Assembly (NCBI GenBank): GCA_963705305.1
Contig: OY970067.1
Location: 5,184,001 to 5,248,000, forward strand
DNA: 64,000 nucleotides
Origin: an uncultured Methylomirabilota bacterium
GTDB taxonomy: Bacteria > Methylomirabilota > Methylomirabilia > Methylomirabilales > 2-02-FULL-66-22
Reading direction: 5' to 3'
Under the pieces are notes generated by a model. That model worked only from the letters and a program-made list of their open reading frames with translations, searched no databases and was not told the DNA's origin. Of the stretch, positions 49,798-59,358 are shown in pieces. Position 1 is the first letter of the stretch; the number at the start of each line of letters is the position of its first letter. A program made the translations under genes and the position numbers.

Positions 49798-49915
49798 GCG
49801 CGCTCCTTGGAGGGCCGACCCGCCCCCATCCCGTCGGGCCGCCTCTCCGCCGGCCGCCCGGTGTCTCCGTTCCGGGCCGTAGTGATGCCGGCAGGCGGGC
49901 GGCACGATGGTCCTC

Positions 49916-50185
49916 CTATCGCCTGCGTCCCCTACGCCTCCCCTGGCCGCTAATGTGGTCTGCGATCAGGAGCCCCGCCGGCACGCCGATGATCAGCGCC
50001 AGATACGCCGGCATCCCATTCTCGACGACATAGGGAATCACGGACACTCGCTTGCCGAGGGCCAAAACGACGAGGAGGGGCAGGCCGAACATGACGAAGA
50101 GCGTCGTCAGCGCAGGCACGATGCGCGACAGGAAGGCACGGGCGCTCTCCCCGCGCCTGCGCCGATAGAATTCCAGGCTGAACAC
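49916..50185 (-). CDS. Small hypothetical membrane protein
   Basis: Two hydrophobic segments, basic C-terminus, G-rich RBS before GTG. Confidence 0.45.
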   Translation of the reverse strand: MFSLEFYRRRRGESARAFLSRIVPALTTLFVMFGLPLLVVLALGKRVSVIPYVVENGMPAYLALIIGVPAGLLIADHISGQGRRRGRRR

Positions 50186-50392
50186 GGCACCCCCCTTGCC
50201 GTATCCGGACACACGCGACTGTCTCGGAGGCGCAGACACGCGGCTCGAAGGCCGCCGGGCGCGCCGGGCTTCCGCCCGGATAGCGCCCCGGAGCCGGCTG
50301 GATCGAAGCCTAGTGCCTCTCCCTGCCTCCTGTCAAGATTCCTCCCTGAATTGCCGTTGACGGGGCGTTTGCCTCAGGACTATCCTTCCCCA

Positions 50393-50534
50393 AATCTCCG
50401 GCTAACGTGTCCATCGCCTCTGCGGGGCACCGCCCATCGGGTGCAGCCAGGTCCGATGCGGGCAGCCAGCCCCGCGGCCATGATTGCGGGCGCCACACGG
50501 GTGCGTTACTGCCCTGCGACGTTATCCGGAGATT
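50393..50534 (+). ncRNA. Candidate structured RNA in the hutH leader
   Basis: Terminal 15/16 stem, nested internal stems, begins about 7 nt after TTGACG-18-TATCCT. Confidence 0.4.
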
Positions 50535-50569
50535 AAGGCCTTCCTGAGCCCCTTGCCAAGGAGTGCAGA

Positions 50570-52099
50570 ATGTCGCCGATACAGCTGGATGGAGAACGCC
50601 TGACGCTGGAGGAGGTCGAGCAGGTCGCCCGGCACGGGACGGCTGTACGGCTGGATCCGGCCGCCCGGCCGAAGATCCTGGCGGCCCGCGCCCTGATCGA
50701 TTCCGCCCTCCAGCGGGAACAGGCCGTCTACGGGGTGAGCACCGGCTTCGGCCCGCTCAGCGATGTGTTCGTCGGCGCGTCCGATCGCGAGGCCCTCCAG
50801 CGGAATCTCATCCGCAGCCACGCCGTGGGGATCGGCGAGCCCATCGGCGAAGCCGAGACGCGGGCCACCGTGCTGCTGCGCGCCAACGTCCTCGCCAAGG
50901 GGTATTCCGGCGTCCGGCCGGAGATCATCGAGCTCCTCTGCGAGCTGCTGAACCGCACCGTCCACCCCATCATCCCCGAGCGGGGATCCGTCGGGGCCAG
51001 CGGCGACCTCGCTCCCCTGGCCCACCTGGCCCTGGTCCTCATCGGCGAGGGAGAGGCAAGGTACCACGGGGAACGGCTTTCGGGAGGCGAGGCCCTCGGG
51101 CGCGCTGGCCTGGCCCCCGTGACGCTGCAGGCCAAAGAGGGTCTGGCCCTGATCAACGGGACCTGCGGCCTGACGGCGATCGGGGCGCTGGCTCTGATGC
51201 GCGCCGAGCGTCTGCTCACGCTGGCGGACGTGGCGGGCGCCATGACGCTGGAGGCGCTCCGGGGCTCGTTCGTGCCCTTCGATCCGCGCCTCCAGGCCGT
51301 GCGCCCCCACCCGGGCCAGGCGCGCACGGCGGAGAACCTCCGGCGCATCCTTCCGGACTCCGAGATCAACGTCTCGCACAGAGATTGCGGGAAGATCCAG
51401 GACAGCTATACGCTCCGCTGCATCCCTCAGGTGCACGGGGGCGTCCGCGACGTTCTGGCCTTCGCCCGGAGCACGCTGGCCCGGGAGCTGAACGCGGCCA
51501 CCGACAATCCGCTGGTCTTTGCCGATACCGAGGCGATCCTTCCTGGCGGGAACTTCCACGGCCATCCCGTGGCCCTGGCCCTGGACGCGGCCGGGTTGGC
51601 GTTGGCCGGGCTCTGCGGCTTCCTGGAGCGGCGGATCGAGCGGCTGGTCAACCCACAGTTGAGCGAGCTGCCGCCTTTCCTGGTGCAAGCCAGCGGCCTC
51701 AACTCCGGCTTCATGGTGGCCCAGATTTCGGCCGCCGCCCTCGCCTCCGAGGCCAAGCTGCTGGCCTCGCCTGCCTCCGTGAACTCCATCCCGACTTCCG
51801 GCAGCAAGGAGGATTTCGTCAGCATGGGCTGGCTGGCCTCCGTCAAGCTGGCGCAGATCGCGGACCTCCTGTCCGCCGTCCTGGCCCTGGAATTTCTCTG
51901 CGCCGCTCAGGGCCTGGATTTCCTGCTGCCCCTGCGCCCAGGGCGGGGGGCCTGGGCGGCTCACCAGACGATCCGACAGCAGGTCTCCCACCTGGAAGAA
52001 GACCGGTCCCTGCGGGCCGACGTGGACCGGATCCTGACGCTGATCGAGGGCGGGACACTGCTGGCCGCCGTGGAGGGTGTGGTCGGCGCGCTCGGCTGA
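50570..52099 (+). CDS. hutH: Histidine ammonia-lyase
   Basis: YGVSTGFG, NLIRSH, GSVGASGDL (MIO), QDSYTLRC, DNP, GGNFHG. Confidence 0.95.
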   Translation: MSPIQLDGERLTLEEVEQVARHGTAVRLDPAARPKILAARALIDSALQREQAVYGVSTGFGPLSDVFVGASDREALQRNLIRSHAVGIGEPIGEAETRATVLLRANVLAKGYSGVRPEIIELLCELLNRTVHPIIPERGSVGASGDLAPLAHLALVLIGEGEARYHGERLSGGEALGRAGLAPVTLQAKEGLALINGTCGLTAIGALALMRAERLLTLADVAGAMTLEALRGSFVPFDPRLQAVRPHPGQARTAENLRRILPDSEINVSHRDCGKIQDSYTLRCIPQVHGGVRDVLAFARSTLARELNAATDNPLVFADTEAILPGGNFHGHPVALALDAAGLALAGLCGFLERRIERLVNPQLSELPPFLVQASGLNSGFMVAQISAAALASEAKLLASPASVNSIPTSGSKEDFVSMGWLASVKLAQIADLLSAVLALEFLCAAQGLDFLLPLRPGRGAWAAHQTIRQQVSHLEEDRSLRADVDRILTLIEGGTLLAAVEGVVGALG

Positions 52100-52231
52100 C
52101 CCCCACCAGCGGATTCCTGGGCGAGACGAAAGGCGGATCGGCGGCCGAATTGGCCGCCGATACCGAGGTCAAGCGGGCGTACCGGGGGTGGATGAGATGC
52201 CCGCACCCGGTCGCCTCGGGCATCGGAATCC

Positions 52232-53110
52232 ATGCTGAAAGAGACGCGGGCCGTCATCACCGTTCTCGTCGGCGCCAGTCTGCTGGGGTCCCTGGGGGCC
52301 TGGGGGCGGGCCATCTACCGGTACGAGGGGGACCCGATGACTGTCGTCACCTGGCGCGCGCTCATCGGGTCGGCGGCGCTGGCCGGGGTCCTGGTGACCG
52401 CGCGCCCCGCCCTCCTCCGCATACGCCCGCGCGATCTCCCCTTCTTCGCCCTCTACGGCTTCTGCGGCGTCACGCTGAACTTCTGGGCGTATTTCTCGGC
52501 CATAAAGTTCACGACCCTGGCAGTGGCCATCACGCTCTTGTATACGTATCCGGCTTTCGTGGCCGTCCTCGCGGCCCTGTTCCTGGGGGAGCGCCTCACG
52601 GCCGGGAAGTGGTTCGCCATCGCCGTCACCCTTGCGGGATCGGCCCTGGTGGCCCAGGTGTACGCCGCCGATTTTGTCCGGTTGAACCTGAAGGGGATCC
52701 TCTTCGGCCTGGCGACCGGGATCAGCATGGCTGCGTACAGCATCTTCGGCAAGTGCGCCACGTCGCGGTACCCGCCGTGGACCGTTGTCCTGTACGCCTT
52801 CGCCGCCGGCAGCCTGTTCCTCGCCCTGGGGACCGGCCCCCGTCTGTTCGCCGCAGCCGGGTATCCTGTCGCCGCCTGGCTCTGGATCGTCGGATTGGCC
52901 CTGATTCCCAGTCTGGGCGGCTACGCCCTCTACACCACCGGGCTGCGCGACCTGCCGGCCAGCCGGGCCAGCGTCATCGCCACCTGGGAGGTGGTGACCG
53001 CCGCCGGCCTTGGCTGGCTTCTCTTCGGCGAACGCCCGACGCCGCCCCAGGTGATGGGTGCGGCGCTGGTCTGCCTCGGGATCTGGTGGATCCAACGCCC
53101 CGAGGCCTGA
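52232..53110 (+). CDS. DMT/EamA family transporter
   Basis: Two EamA repeats, LLYTYP, FLGE, LFGE. Confidence 0.88.
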   Translation: MLKETRAVITVLVGASLLGSLGAWGRAIYRYEGDPMTVVTWRALIGSAALAGVLVTARPALLRIRPRDLPFFALYGFCGVTLNFWAYFSAIKFTTLAVAITLLYTYPAFVAVLAALFLGERLTAGKWFAIAVTLAGSALVAQVYAADFVRLNLKGILFGLATGISMAAYSIFGKCATSRYPPWTVVLYAFAAGSLFLALGTGPRLFAAAGYPVAAWLWIVGLALIPSLGGYALYTTGLRDLPASRASVIATWEVVTAAGLGWLLFGERPTPPQVMGAALVCLGIWWIQRPEA

Positions 53111-53329
53111 GTCACTTCCCAACGCGCCCGGCCGTCGTCCAGGCTCCCCTGCCATCGCGGCACTTCCCGGCGCGGCCGACGGCCTCCGAGCCGGCGCCGG
53201 ATCCATCCCCCGGAATGGCTGGCATCCGCCGATCTCGGATTATTCGTTTCCGTGATGGCGCGAAGTGGGATATATTGGGGCCTCCTGGAGGCGCACGGCC
53301 TCTCGATGGGGAGGCGTAGGGAGGAAGGA

Positions 53330-54793
53330 ATGCGCACAATGCTGCTCAACCCGCCCTCGTTCGAAAAGTTCGACGGGGGGGCGGGCGCCCGATATCAGGC
53401 CACGCGGGAAATCACCTCGTTCTGGTACCCTGTCTGGCTGGCCTATGCGGCCGGCCTCATCCCGGAGAGCCGCCTGGTGGACGGACCGGCGCAGGGCATG
53501 ACCCCGGCCCAGACCATCCGGATGGCGCAGGAGTACGAATTCCTGGTCGTGTTCACCAGCACCGCCGGCTTTCGCAACGATGTCCGGCTGGCCGAGGCGA
53601 TCAAGGACGCAAACCCCGCCGTGCGGGTGGCCTTCGTGGGGCCGCACGTCACGGTCAAGGCGGCGGAAAGCCTCGAGGCATCGCGCGCCATAGACTTCGT
53701 CGTCCGGCGGGAGTTCGACTTCGCCGTGGCGGAGTACGCGGCGGAGCGTCCGCTGGAAGCGATCCCGGGGGTGAGCTATCGGAAGAACAGCCATATCGTC
53801 CACACCGAGGACCGGCCGCCCCTCGACGATCTGGACTCCCTTCCCTTCGCGGTGGACATCTACAAGCGCGACCTGGACATCCGGCGCTACAACATCCCCT
53901 ACCTGCTGCACCCGTACGTCTCCTTCTACACGTCGCGCGGCTGCCCGGCCCTCTGCACGTTCTGCCTGTGGCCCCAGACCATCAGCGGACATCCCTGGCG
54001 GACGCGGAGCGTCTCCAACGTGGTCGAAGAGGTCCGCCGCTGCCGGGCCCACTTCCCCGAGGCCAGGGAGATCTTCTTCGACGACGATACCTTCCCCTGG
54101 GCCAAGCAGCGCACACTGGAGGTCTGCAAGGCGCTGAAGCCGCTGGGGGTGACCTGGTCCTGCAACTCGCGGGTGCACACCGACCGCGAGACCTTGCAGG
54201 CGATGAAGGACGCGGGGTGCCGGCTCATGGTGGTGGGCTTCGAATCCGGCGATCCGCAGATCCTGAAGAACATCAAGAAGGGGGCCACCGTCGAACAGGC
54301 GCTCGCCTTCATGAAGCACTGCAAGCAGGTCGGCCTGGCCGTCCACGGAGACTTCCAGATCGGCCTGCCCGGCGAGACCCCCGCCACCATCGAGAAGACG
54401 ATGGAGTTCGCCAAGCGGCTGGACCCCGACACGATCCAGGTGTCCATTTCCCACCCGTATCCGGGGACCGAATTCGACGCGTATGTCCGCCAGCATGGAT
54501 ACCTGACCGACGACGACATGGCGGACGAGTGCGGGCACCAGCTGCCGAACATCAACTACCCCGGCCTGGACCGGCGCTACATGGTCCAGAAGGTCGAGGA
54601 ATTTTACAGCCGCTACTACTTCCGCCCCCGGGTGGTCTGGCGGTTCCTCACGCGGGCCGCGCAGGACACCGCCGAGATGCGCCGGCTCTTTCAGGAAGCC
54701 AAGGAGTTCTTCCGCGTGCGGGCCAAGCGGCGGGCTTTCGCGGCAGGAACGGATGCCCGAAAAGACGACCGGACGGTCGCCTCGCAGGGGTAA
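53330..54793 (+). CDS. hpnJ: Hopanoid biosynthesis radical SAM protein HpnJ
   Basis: PPSF..FDGGAG.RYQA.REI.SFWYP.WLA, RGCPALCTFCLWPQT, FFDDDTF, FY..YYFRP. Confidence 0.88.
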   Translation: MRTMLLNPPSFEKFDGGAGARYQATREITSFWYPVWLAYAAGLIPESRLVDGPAQGMTPAQTIRMAQEYEFLVVFTSTAGFRNDVRLAEAIKDANPAVRVAFVGPHVTVKAAESLEASRAIDFVVRREFDFAVAEYAAERPLEAIPGVSYRKNSHIVHTEDRPPLDDLDSLPFAVDIYKRDLDIRRYNIPYLLHPYVSFYTSRGCPALCTFCLWPQTISGHPWRTRSVSNVVEEVRRCRAHFPEAREIFFDDDTFPWAKQRTLEVCKALKPLGVTWSCNSRVHTDRETLQAMKDAGCRLMVVGFESGDPQILKNIKKGATVEQALAFMKHCKQVGLAVHGDFQIGLPGETPATIEKTMEFAKRLDPDTIQVSISHPYPGTEFDAYVRQHGYLTDDDMADECGHQLPNINYPGLDRRYMVQKVEEFYSRYYFRPRVVWRFLTRAAQDTAEMRRLFQEAKEFFRVRAKRRAFAAGTDARKDDRTVASQG

Positions 54794-54826
54794 CGCGCCG
54801 CCGCTGGACGTCCCGGGGGATCCAGG

Positions 54827-55987
54827 GTGATTCGAGAGCTGCTGTCTGCCGCCTTCTTCCTCCCCGCCCTGATCGGCAGCGGGTTCGGGTGTGCCTGCCT
54901 GGTGGCGGTCCTCTGGCTGTTCCGTGATCGGCAGTCGCCTGCCGGCCCTCCCGCCCCGACGCCGCCGGTGACGGTCCTGCGCCCGATCCGCGGCCTCGAT
55001 CGGCAGCTCCTCGAGAACCTGCGCAGTGTCTGCCGCCAGGACTACCCGGTATTCCAGATCGTGTTCTCCGTCCAGGATGGGGATGATCCGGCCCTCCCGC
55101 TGCTCTGGCAGGTCCAGCGAGAATTCGGGGAGGAGCGGGTGGCGGTGGTGGTCCACAGTCTCACGGCCGGCCCCAACGGCAAGGCCAATAACCTGCTGGG
55201 CGGCCTGACCGCCGCGCGCCACGATCTCCTCGTCATCAGCGACAGCGACGTGCACCTGCGTCCCGACTACCTGCGGGCCATCGTGCGCCCCTTCGCCGAT
55301 CCCCGGGTCGGGTGCGTCAACACGCTCTTTAGAATCGGACAGGCGCGCCGCTGGTACGAGCGGATGAGCCTGTTGCACCTCAACGCCGACTTCCTCCCCG
55401 CCGCCGTCTTCGCCTACCTGATCGGCGCCGCGGGCTTTACGCTGGGACCCTCGGTGGCCATCCGGCGCACCACGTTGCAGGCAATCGGGGGATTCGAGGC
55501 GCTTGCCACGTACCTCGCCGAGGATTACGAGATCGGGCGCCGGACGCTGGATCTGGGTCAGCGGGTCGTCCTGCTCCCGTACATGGTCGAGGTGGCGGCG
55601 AATCATCCCAGCGCTTCCGCCTGGTTGAGGCATCAGGTGTACTGGGATCAGAACTCGCGCGCGGCCAGGCCGATGGGGTATTTTGGCAGCATCCTGATCC
55701 GGTCGGTGCCGTTCGCGCTGCTGTGTGCCCTGGCGCGAGGCCTGGATTCCATCGGGATGGGCGTCCTGGCCGGAGCGTTGGGGGTCCGTGCGGCAACGGT
55801 GGCCGGGATCCTGTGGCGATTTCAGGATCGGGAGGGACTGCGGAGCCTTCTCCTCCTGCCCCTCCAGGATATCCTCGGCGTGGCCACCTGGGCCCTGGCG
55901 TTCACGCAGCGCACGGTCGTCTGGCGAGGCCAGAAGTACCGGCTCACCACGGGCGGGCGGATGGAGCTGTCCCGCGGGAAGGCGTGA
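54827..55987 (+). CDS. hpnI: HpnI-like glycosyltransferase (ceramide glucosyltransferase-type GT2)
   Basis: PVTVLRP..G, QDYP, NGKANNL, ISDSD, IGGF...LAEDY, QVYW, VVWRG; directly after hpnJ. Confidence 0.82.
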   Translation: MIRELLSAAFFLPALIGSGFGCACLVAVLWLFRDRQSPAGPPAPTPPVTVLRPIRGLDRQLLENLRSVCRQDYPVFQIVFSVQDGDDPALPLLWQVQREFGEERVAVVVHSLTAGPNGKANNLLGGLTAARHDLLVISDSDVHLRPDYLRAIVRPFADPRVGCVNTLFRIGQARRWYERMSLLHLNADFLPAAVFAYLIGAAGFTLGPSVAIRRTTLQAIGGFEALATYLAEDYEIGRRTLDLGQRVVLLPYMVEVAANHPSASAWLRHQVYWDQNSRAARPMGYFGSILIRSVPFALLCALARGLDSIGMGVLAGALGVRAATVAGILWRFQDREGLRSLLLLPLQDILGVATWALAFTQRTVVWRGQKYRLTTGGRMELSRGKA

Positions 55988-56027
55988 CATGCCACGCCGG
56001 AACGCGCACTATGTGGAGGAACGCCCT

Positions 56028-56417
56028 ATGCTTCGTGTTGCCCTCGCCATGATCGTGGGGTCCGCCGCCACGGCCATGGGACAGATCCTGATCCGCCGGG
56101 GAATGCAGCAGATCGGCTCCCTGGAAGTCCACACACCGGCGGCCCTGGTCGCCTACTTCTCCCAGGTGGTGGTGAACCCCAACGTGATCGGCGGGACGCT
56201 CCTCAACGGAGTCTTCTACTTCCTCCTGCTGGCCGTCCTGTCCTGGGCGGAGGTGACGGTGGCAGTCCCGTTTACCGCGCTCGAGTACGGTTTCGCGGCC
56301 ATCCTGGCCATCACCATCCTGCAGGAGTCGGTTCCGTTCATCCGCTGGGTGGGGATCGTGCTGGTGATCGTCGGGGTGCTGCTGATCAGCTTGAGCGGGT
56401 CGGGGGGAGCGGCGTAG
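56028..56417 (+). CDS. Small EamA/SMR-like membrane protein
   Basis: Four TM helices, GQ....GM, LSWA.V.VA.P, L.E.V...RW.G. Confidence 0.78.
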   Translation: MLRVALAMIVGSAATAMGQILIRRGMQQIGSLEVHTPAALVAYFSQVVVNPNVIGGTLLNGVFYFLLLAVLSWAEVTVAVPFTALEYGFAAILAITILQESVPFIRWVGIVLVIVGVLLISLSGSGGAA

Positions 56418-56603
56418 CACGCTGCTGAAAAAGGCCCATCTGCCGCGTTGGCGTGCTCGCGCGGCGCTGCGGTGTACGAGCGAAGTACGCCTCGCACCTG
56501 CACCCATCCTTCGGATGGGTACCCGGCGCGCCGCCTTGCCGTTCGGCGGGCTCACGGTCCCGAGCGAAGTCGAGGGACATCTGGACCTTTTTGAGCAGCC
56601 TGC
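56417..56603. repeat. Palindromic MITE/REP-like element
   Basis: GCTGCTGAAAAAGGCCCA...TGGACCTTTTTGAGCAGC imperfect terminal inverted repeat; internal ACCCATCC/GGATGGGT hairpin. Confidence 0.75.
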
Positions 56604-56676
56604 GTAAAAACCGGTATTTACTACCCAGCGAGCCGTTGAAGGACGATCGGCGGCTACCACGGGAAAGGGATCGGGC

Positions 56677-57813
56677 ATGCGGACGATCAAGCCGTTTCAT
56701 CTCGACCTGACCGAGGCAGAGATCGAGCGATACATGCAGGAGTCGGGGAGGATCCTTCGCTCCGGCACGCTTATCCTGGGGGAGTACACCGCCCGCTTCG
56801 AGCAGGCATTCGCCCGGTACGTCGGTGCACAACACGCCATCAGCGTCAACAGCGGATCGGCGGCGCTGGAGTTCCTCCTGCGGCTGAAAGACGTCGAGGG
56901 CAAGGGCGTGCTGGTGCCGACGAACACCAACTTCGCCACCGTGGCGGCAATCCTGCGGGCAGGCGGGCAGGTGAGGTACCTGGACATGGACCGGGCCACG
57001 TTCGCGCCGACGCTGGCCATGGTCCAAGAGGCGGTCGAAGGCCGCGCGGCCCGCGAGGGCGGCCCCATTGCCGGCGTTCTGTGGGTGCACATCGGGGGGG
57101 TCATCTCGCCGGAGTTTCCCGACGTCGTTCGCTACTGCCGCTCGCGGGGCCTCTTCGCCCTGGAAGACGCCGCCCACGCCCACGGCAGCCAGCTCGGCGG
57201 CGTCCGGTCGGGCGTCCTGGCGGACGGAGCCGCTTTTTCCTTCTTCCCCACGAAGGTGATGACCACCTGCGAGGGCGGGATGATCACTACCAACGACGAC
57301 CGGGAGGATTACCTGGCCCGCTCCTTCCGGAATCAGGGGAAGCGCGGGATGGACTACGGGGGACTGCACACGGATTTCGGCAACAGCAGCCGCATGACCG
57401 AGCTGCATGCCCTGCTCGGGCTGATCCAGCTCGAACGGCTGCCGGCCATCCTGGAGCGACGGGCGGCGGCGGCCCGGGCCATCACGCGGGAGCTAGACCG
57501 GGCCGGCATCGGGTACTGCCCCACCGCGCACATGGACGCGGCCAGCCACTACAAGCTGATCGTGCACGTGCCCGACGGCACGACGGCGGACGCCGTGCGA
57601 AAGGGGATCGCGAATGACGGGGTGATCGCGGGGGGCGGGGTCTACGAGATCCCCTGCCACCTGCAGCCGGTCTTCGCCGGGATCGGGACGGGCGGCGCGC
57701 TGCCGGGCGCGGAGTGCTGGTGCCCGCGGCATGTCTGCCCGCCGCTCACGTCCAGCATGACGGAAGAAGACGCCGTCTTCGTCGGCCACACGGTGGTCAA
57801 GCACATGCGCTGA
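56677..57813 (+). CDS. DegT/DnrJ/EryC1/StrS family PLP aminotransferase
   Basis: VNSGSAAL, EDAAHAHG, FSFFPTKVMTTCEGG, NQG, RM.E..A. Confidence 0.92.
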   Translation: MRTIKPFHLDLTEAEIERYMQESGRILRSGTLILGEYTARFEQAFARYVGAQHAISVNSGSAALEFLLRLKDVEGKGVLVPTNTNFATVAAILRAGGQVRYLDMDRATFAPTLAMVQEAVEGRAAREGGPIAGVLWVHIGGVISPEFPDVVRYCRSRGLFALEDAAHAHGSQLGGVRSGVLADGAAFSFFPTKVMTTCEGGMITTNDDREDYLARSFRNQGKRGMDYGGLHTDFGNSSRMTELHALLGLIQLERLPAILERRAAAARAITRELDRAGIGYCPTAHMDAASHYKLIVHVPDGTTADAVRKGIANDGVIAGGGVYEIPCHLQPVFAGIGTGGALPGAECWCPRHVCPPLTSSMTEEDAVFVGHTVVKHMR

Positions 57814-57831
57814 GCGGGCCGGGGGGAGAGG

Positions 57832-59139
57832 GTGACGAGCATGCGGGTGGATTTTGCGGTTGTCGGGGGCGGCATCGCGGGGCTGGCCATCGCGGAGCTG
57901 CTGCAGCGCAGTGGTGCATCGGTCCTCCTGGTGGAGAAGAACGCGCGATTGTGCGGCGAGGCCTCGGCAGAGCAGCAGGGCTGGTTCCACACGGGGGCCC
58001 TCTACGCCGCCCTGCCGAACCAGTTCTTCCTGCGGGCCCTCGTGGGCAACCTGGACGATCTGATGGACTATTACGGCGATTTCCCCGCGATGAACCTGCG
58101 GGTGGAAAAGCACCTGTCCACGACGATCCGGGAGGGCTGGTTCTCCAACCGGACCAACTTCTACGCCTACACCGGCCTGCGCGGCGTGAGCTGGTCCTGG
58201 AAGCTGCCCTGGCTCGTGGCCCTCAACCGGGCCAGGCAGCGGATGTCGTGGTACGAGGGCCTGGACGCCTCTCGCAGCGTCAGCCGGCAACTGGGCATCC
58301 GGACGAAGCCGACGAAATACGTGATGCATGCGTCCCGGCTGGGGGCGAACCTGGAGCACGTCGCCTTCGTCCTCAAATCCCGGGACCGGGGGCTGAACGC
58401 CCCCTGGATCATCTCGGATCTCGCCCGGAGCTTCCTGGCCAACGGAGGTCAGGTGCGGCTCCAGACCTCGGTTGTCGGCGTCGAGCCGGGCGCGCTGGCG
58501 GTGGAGGAGGGAGAGCAGCGGACGAGGGCGCGGATCACCGCCCGCCACATCGTCCTGGCGGCGGGGAAGGAGAGCCGGGCCTTCGACCCCATGATCCGGG
58601 TCTTCGCCAGTCCGATCCTGGTGGTCAGACCCGCTCTCACGGATGTCAACTTCGTATACATGACCCCGCACATGCCGCGCACGTTGAACCATCTGTTTCA
58701 CCGCACGGACGGGATCGAGTATTCCGTTCTGGGCAACGCCACCTACTTCGATGCCACCACAGGGGCGGACCCGTACCGGGATCAGGCCTGGACGCACATG
58801 ACCGGTGTGGCGCGGCGCCTCTTTCCCGGTTTCGATGAATGCCAGGCCGCTCTCTACTTCGGCTACAAGACCGAGGTCACGTCATCCTCGAGCATCCGGA
58901 ACTACCTGTATCACATCCTCGACCGCGACGGGTACACGCTCGCCTTGCCCGGCAAGTTCAGCCTGTGCTTCAGTCTGGCCGTGAATGTCTGCCGGCATTT
59001 CGGAATCGAGCCGGTGGAGCGGGTGCGCCTGGCCCCCTCCGAGAGCGTTCTCGGCCTGATCGAAGAGCCCCGGCATCTGCGCATCGCCAGGGGGATCGCC
59101 GAGAACTCGACGGCGCCCCTGCCCCGCCAGCTTGGGTAG
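57832..59139 (+). CDS. FAD-dependent oxidoreductase (DAO-like, unusual)
   Basis: VVGGGIAG, LVEK, AS..QGW.H.G, VLAAG, PGKFS. Confidence 0.8.
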   Translation: MTSMRVDFAVVGGGIAGLAIAELLQRSGASVLLVEKNARLCGEASAEQQGWFHTGALYAALPNQFFLRALVGNLDDLMDYYGDFPAMNLRVEKHLSTTIREGWFSNRTNFYAYTGLRGVSWSWKLPWLVALNRARQRMSWYEGLDASRSVSRQLGIRTKPTKYVMHASRLGANLEHVAFVLKSRDRGLNAPWIISDLARSFLANGGQVRLQTSVVGVEPGALAVEEGEQRTRARITARHIVLAAGKESRAFDPMIRVFASPILVVRPALTDVNFVYMTPHMPRTLNHLFHRTDGIEYSVLGNATYFDATTGADPYRDQAWTHMTGVARRLFPGFDECQAALYFGYKTEVTSSSSIRNYLYHILDRDGYTLALPGKFSLCFSLAVNVCRHFGIEPVERVRLAPSESVLGLIEEPRHLRIARGIAENSTAPLPRQLG

Positions 59140-59171
59140 TGCCTGGCGGCTACTTCGGCGTCGTCAGATCG

Positions 59172-59204
59172 AATGACCCATTGACCAATCTGCAATGACC
59201 AATG
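59172..59204. repeat. Degenerate AATGACC heptamer array
   Basis: AATGACC C ATTGACC AATCTGC AATGACC AATG. Confidence 0.45.
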
Positions 59205-59257
59205 CGGCCCGGACCGGGGACCGGGCCAGCCCCGCCCTCCACCCTTGCCTCTCGAAA

Positions 59258-59286
59258 TTGCAGGCCGCCGGGGTCCGGGGTATAAT
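59258..59286 (+). promoter_or_regulatory. Sigma70-like promoter of hutU
   Basis: TTGCAG-17 nt-TATAAT. Confidence 0.6.
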
Positions 59287-59358
59287 CCCCACATTCACCC
59301 CGCGGGCTTCCGGCAGACTCCCAGAGTGTCGAACGGTCCGCGACAGGAGGGATGCGCC

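Noticed and set aside
50443..50470. SRP RNA-like CAGGTCC...GCAGC motif
   Set aside because: No GNRA tetraloop and no helix-8 pairing.
50399..50527. TAAC...GTTA as an attC site
   Set aside because: No complementary L boxes and the R'' consensus is not met.
50563..53319. 918-aa plus-strand ORF
   Set aside because: Alternate frame over hutH and the DMT gene; Arg/Pro/Gly-rich with no domain signal.
53240..55990. 916-aa minus-strand ORF (likewise 59164-61455, 50522-51991, 9509-11098, 40110-41633, 45779-47230)
   Set aside because: Antisense shadows of well-supported genes in GC-rich DNA; no motifs of their own.
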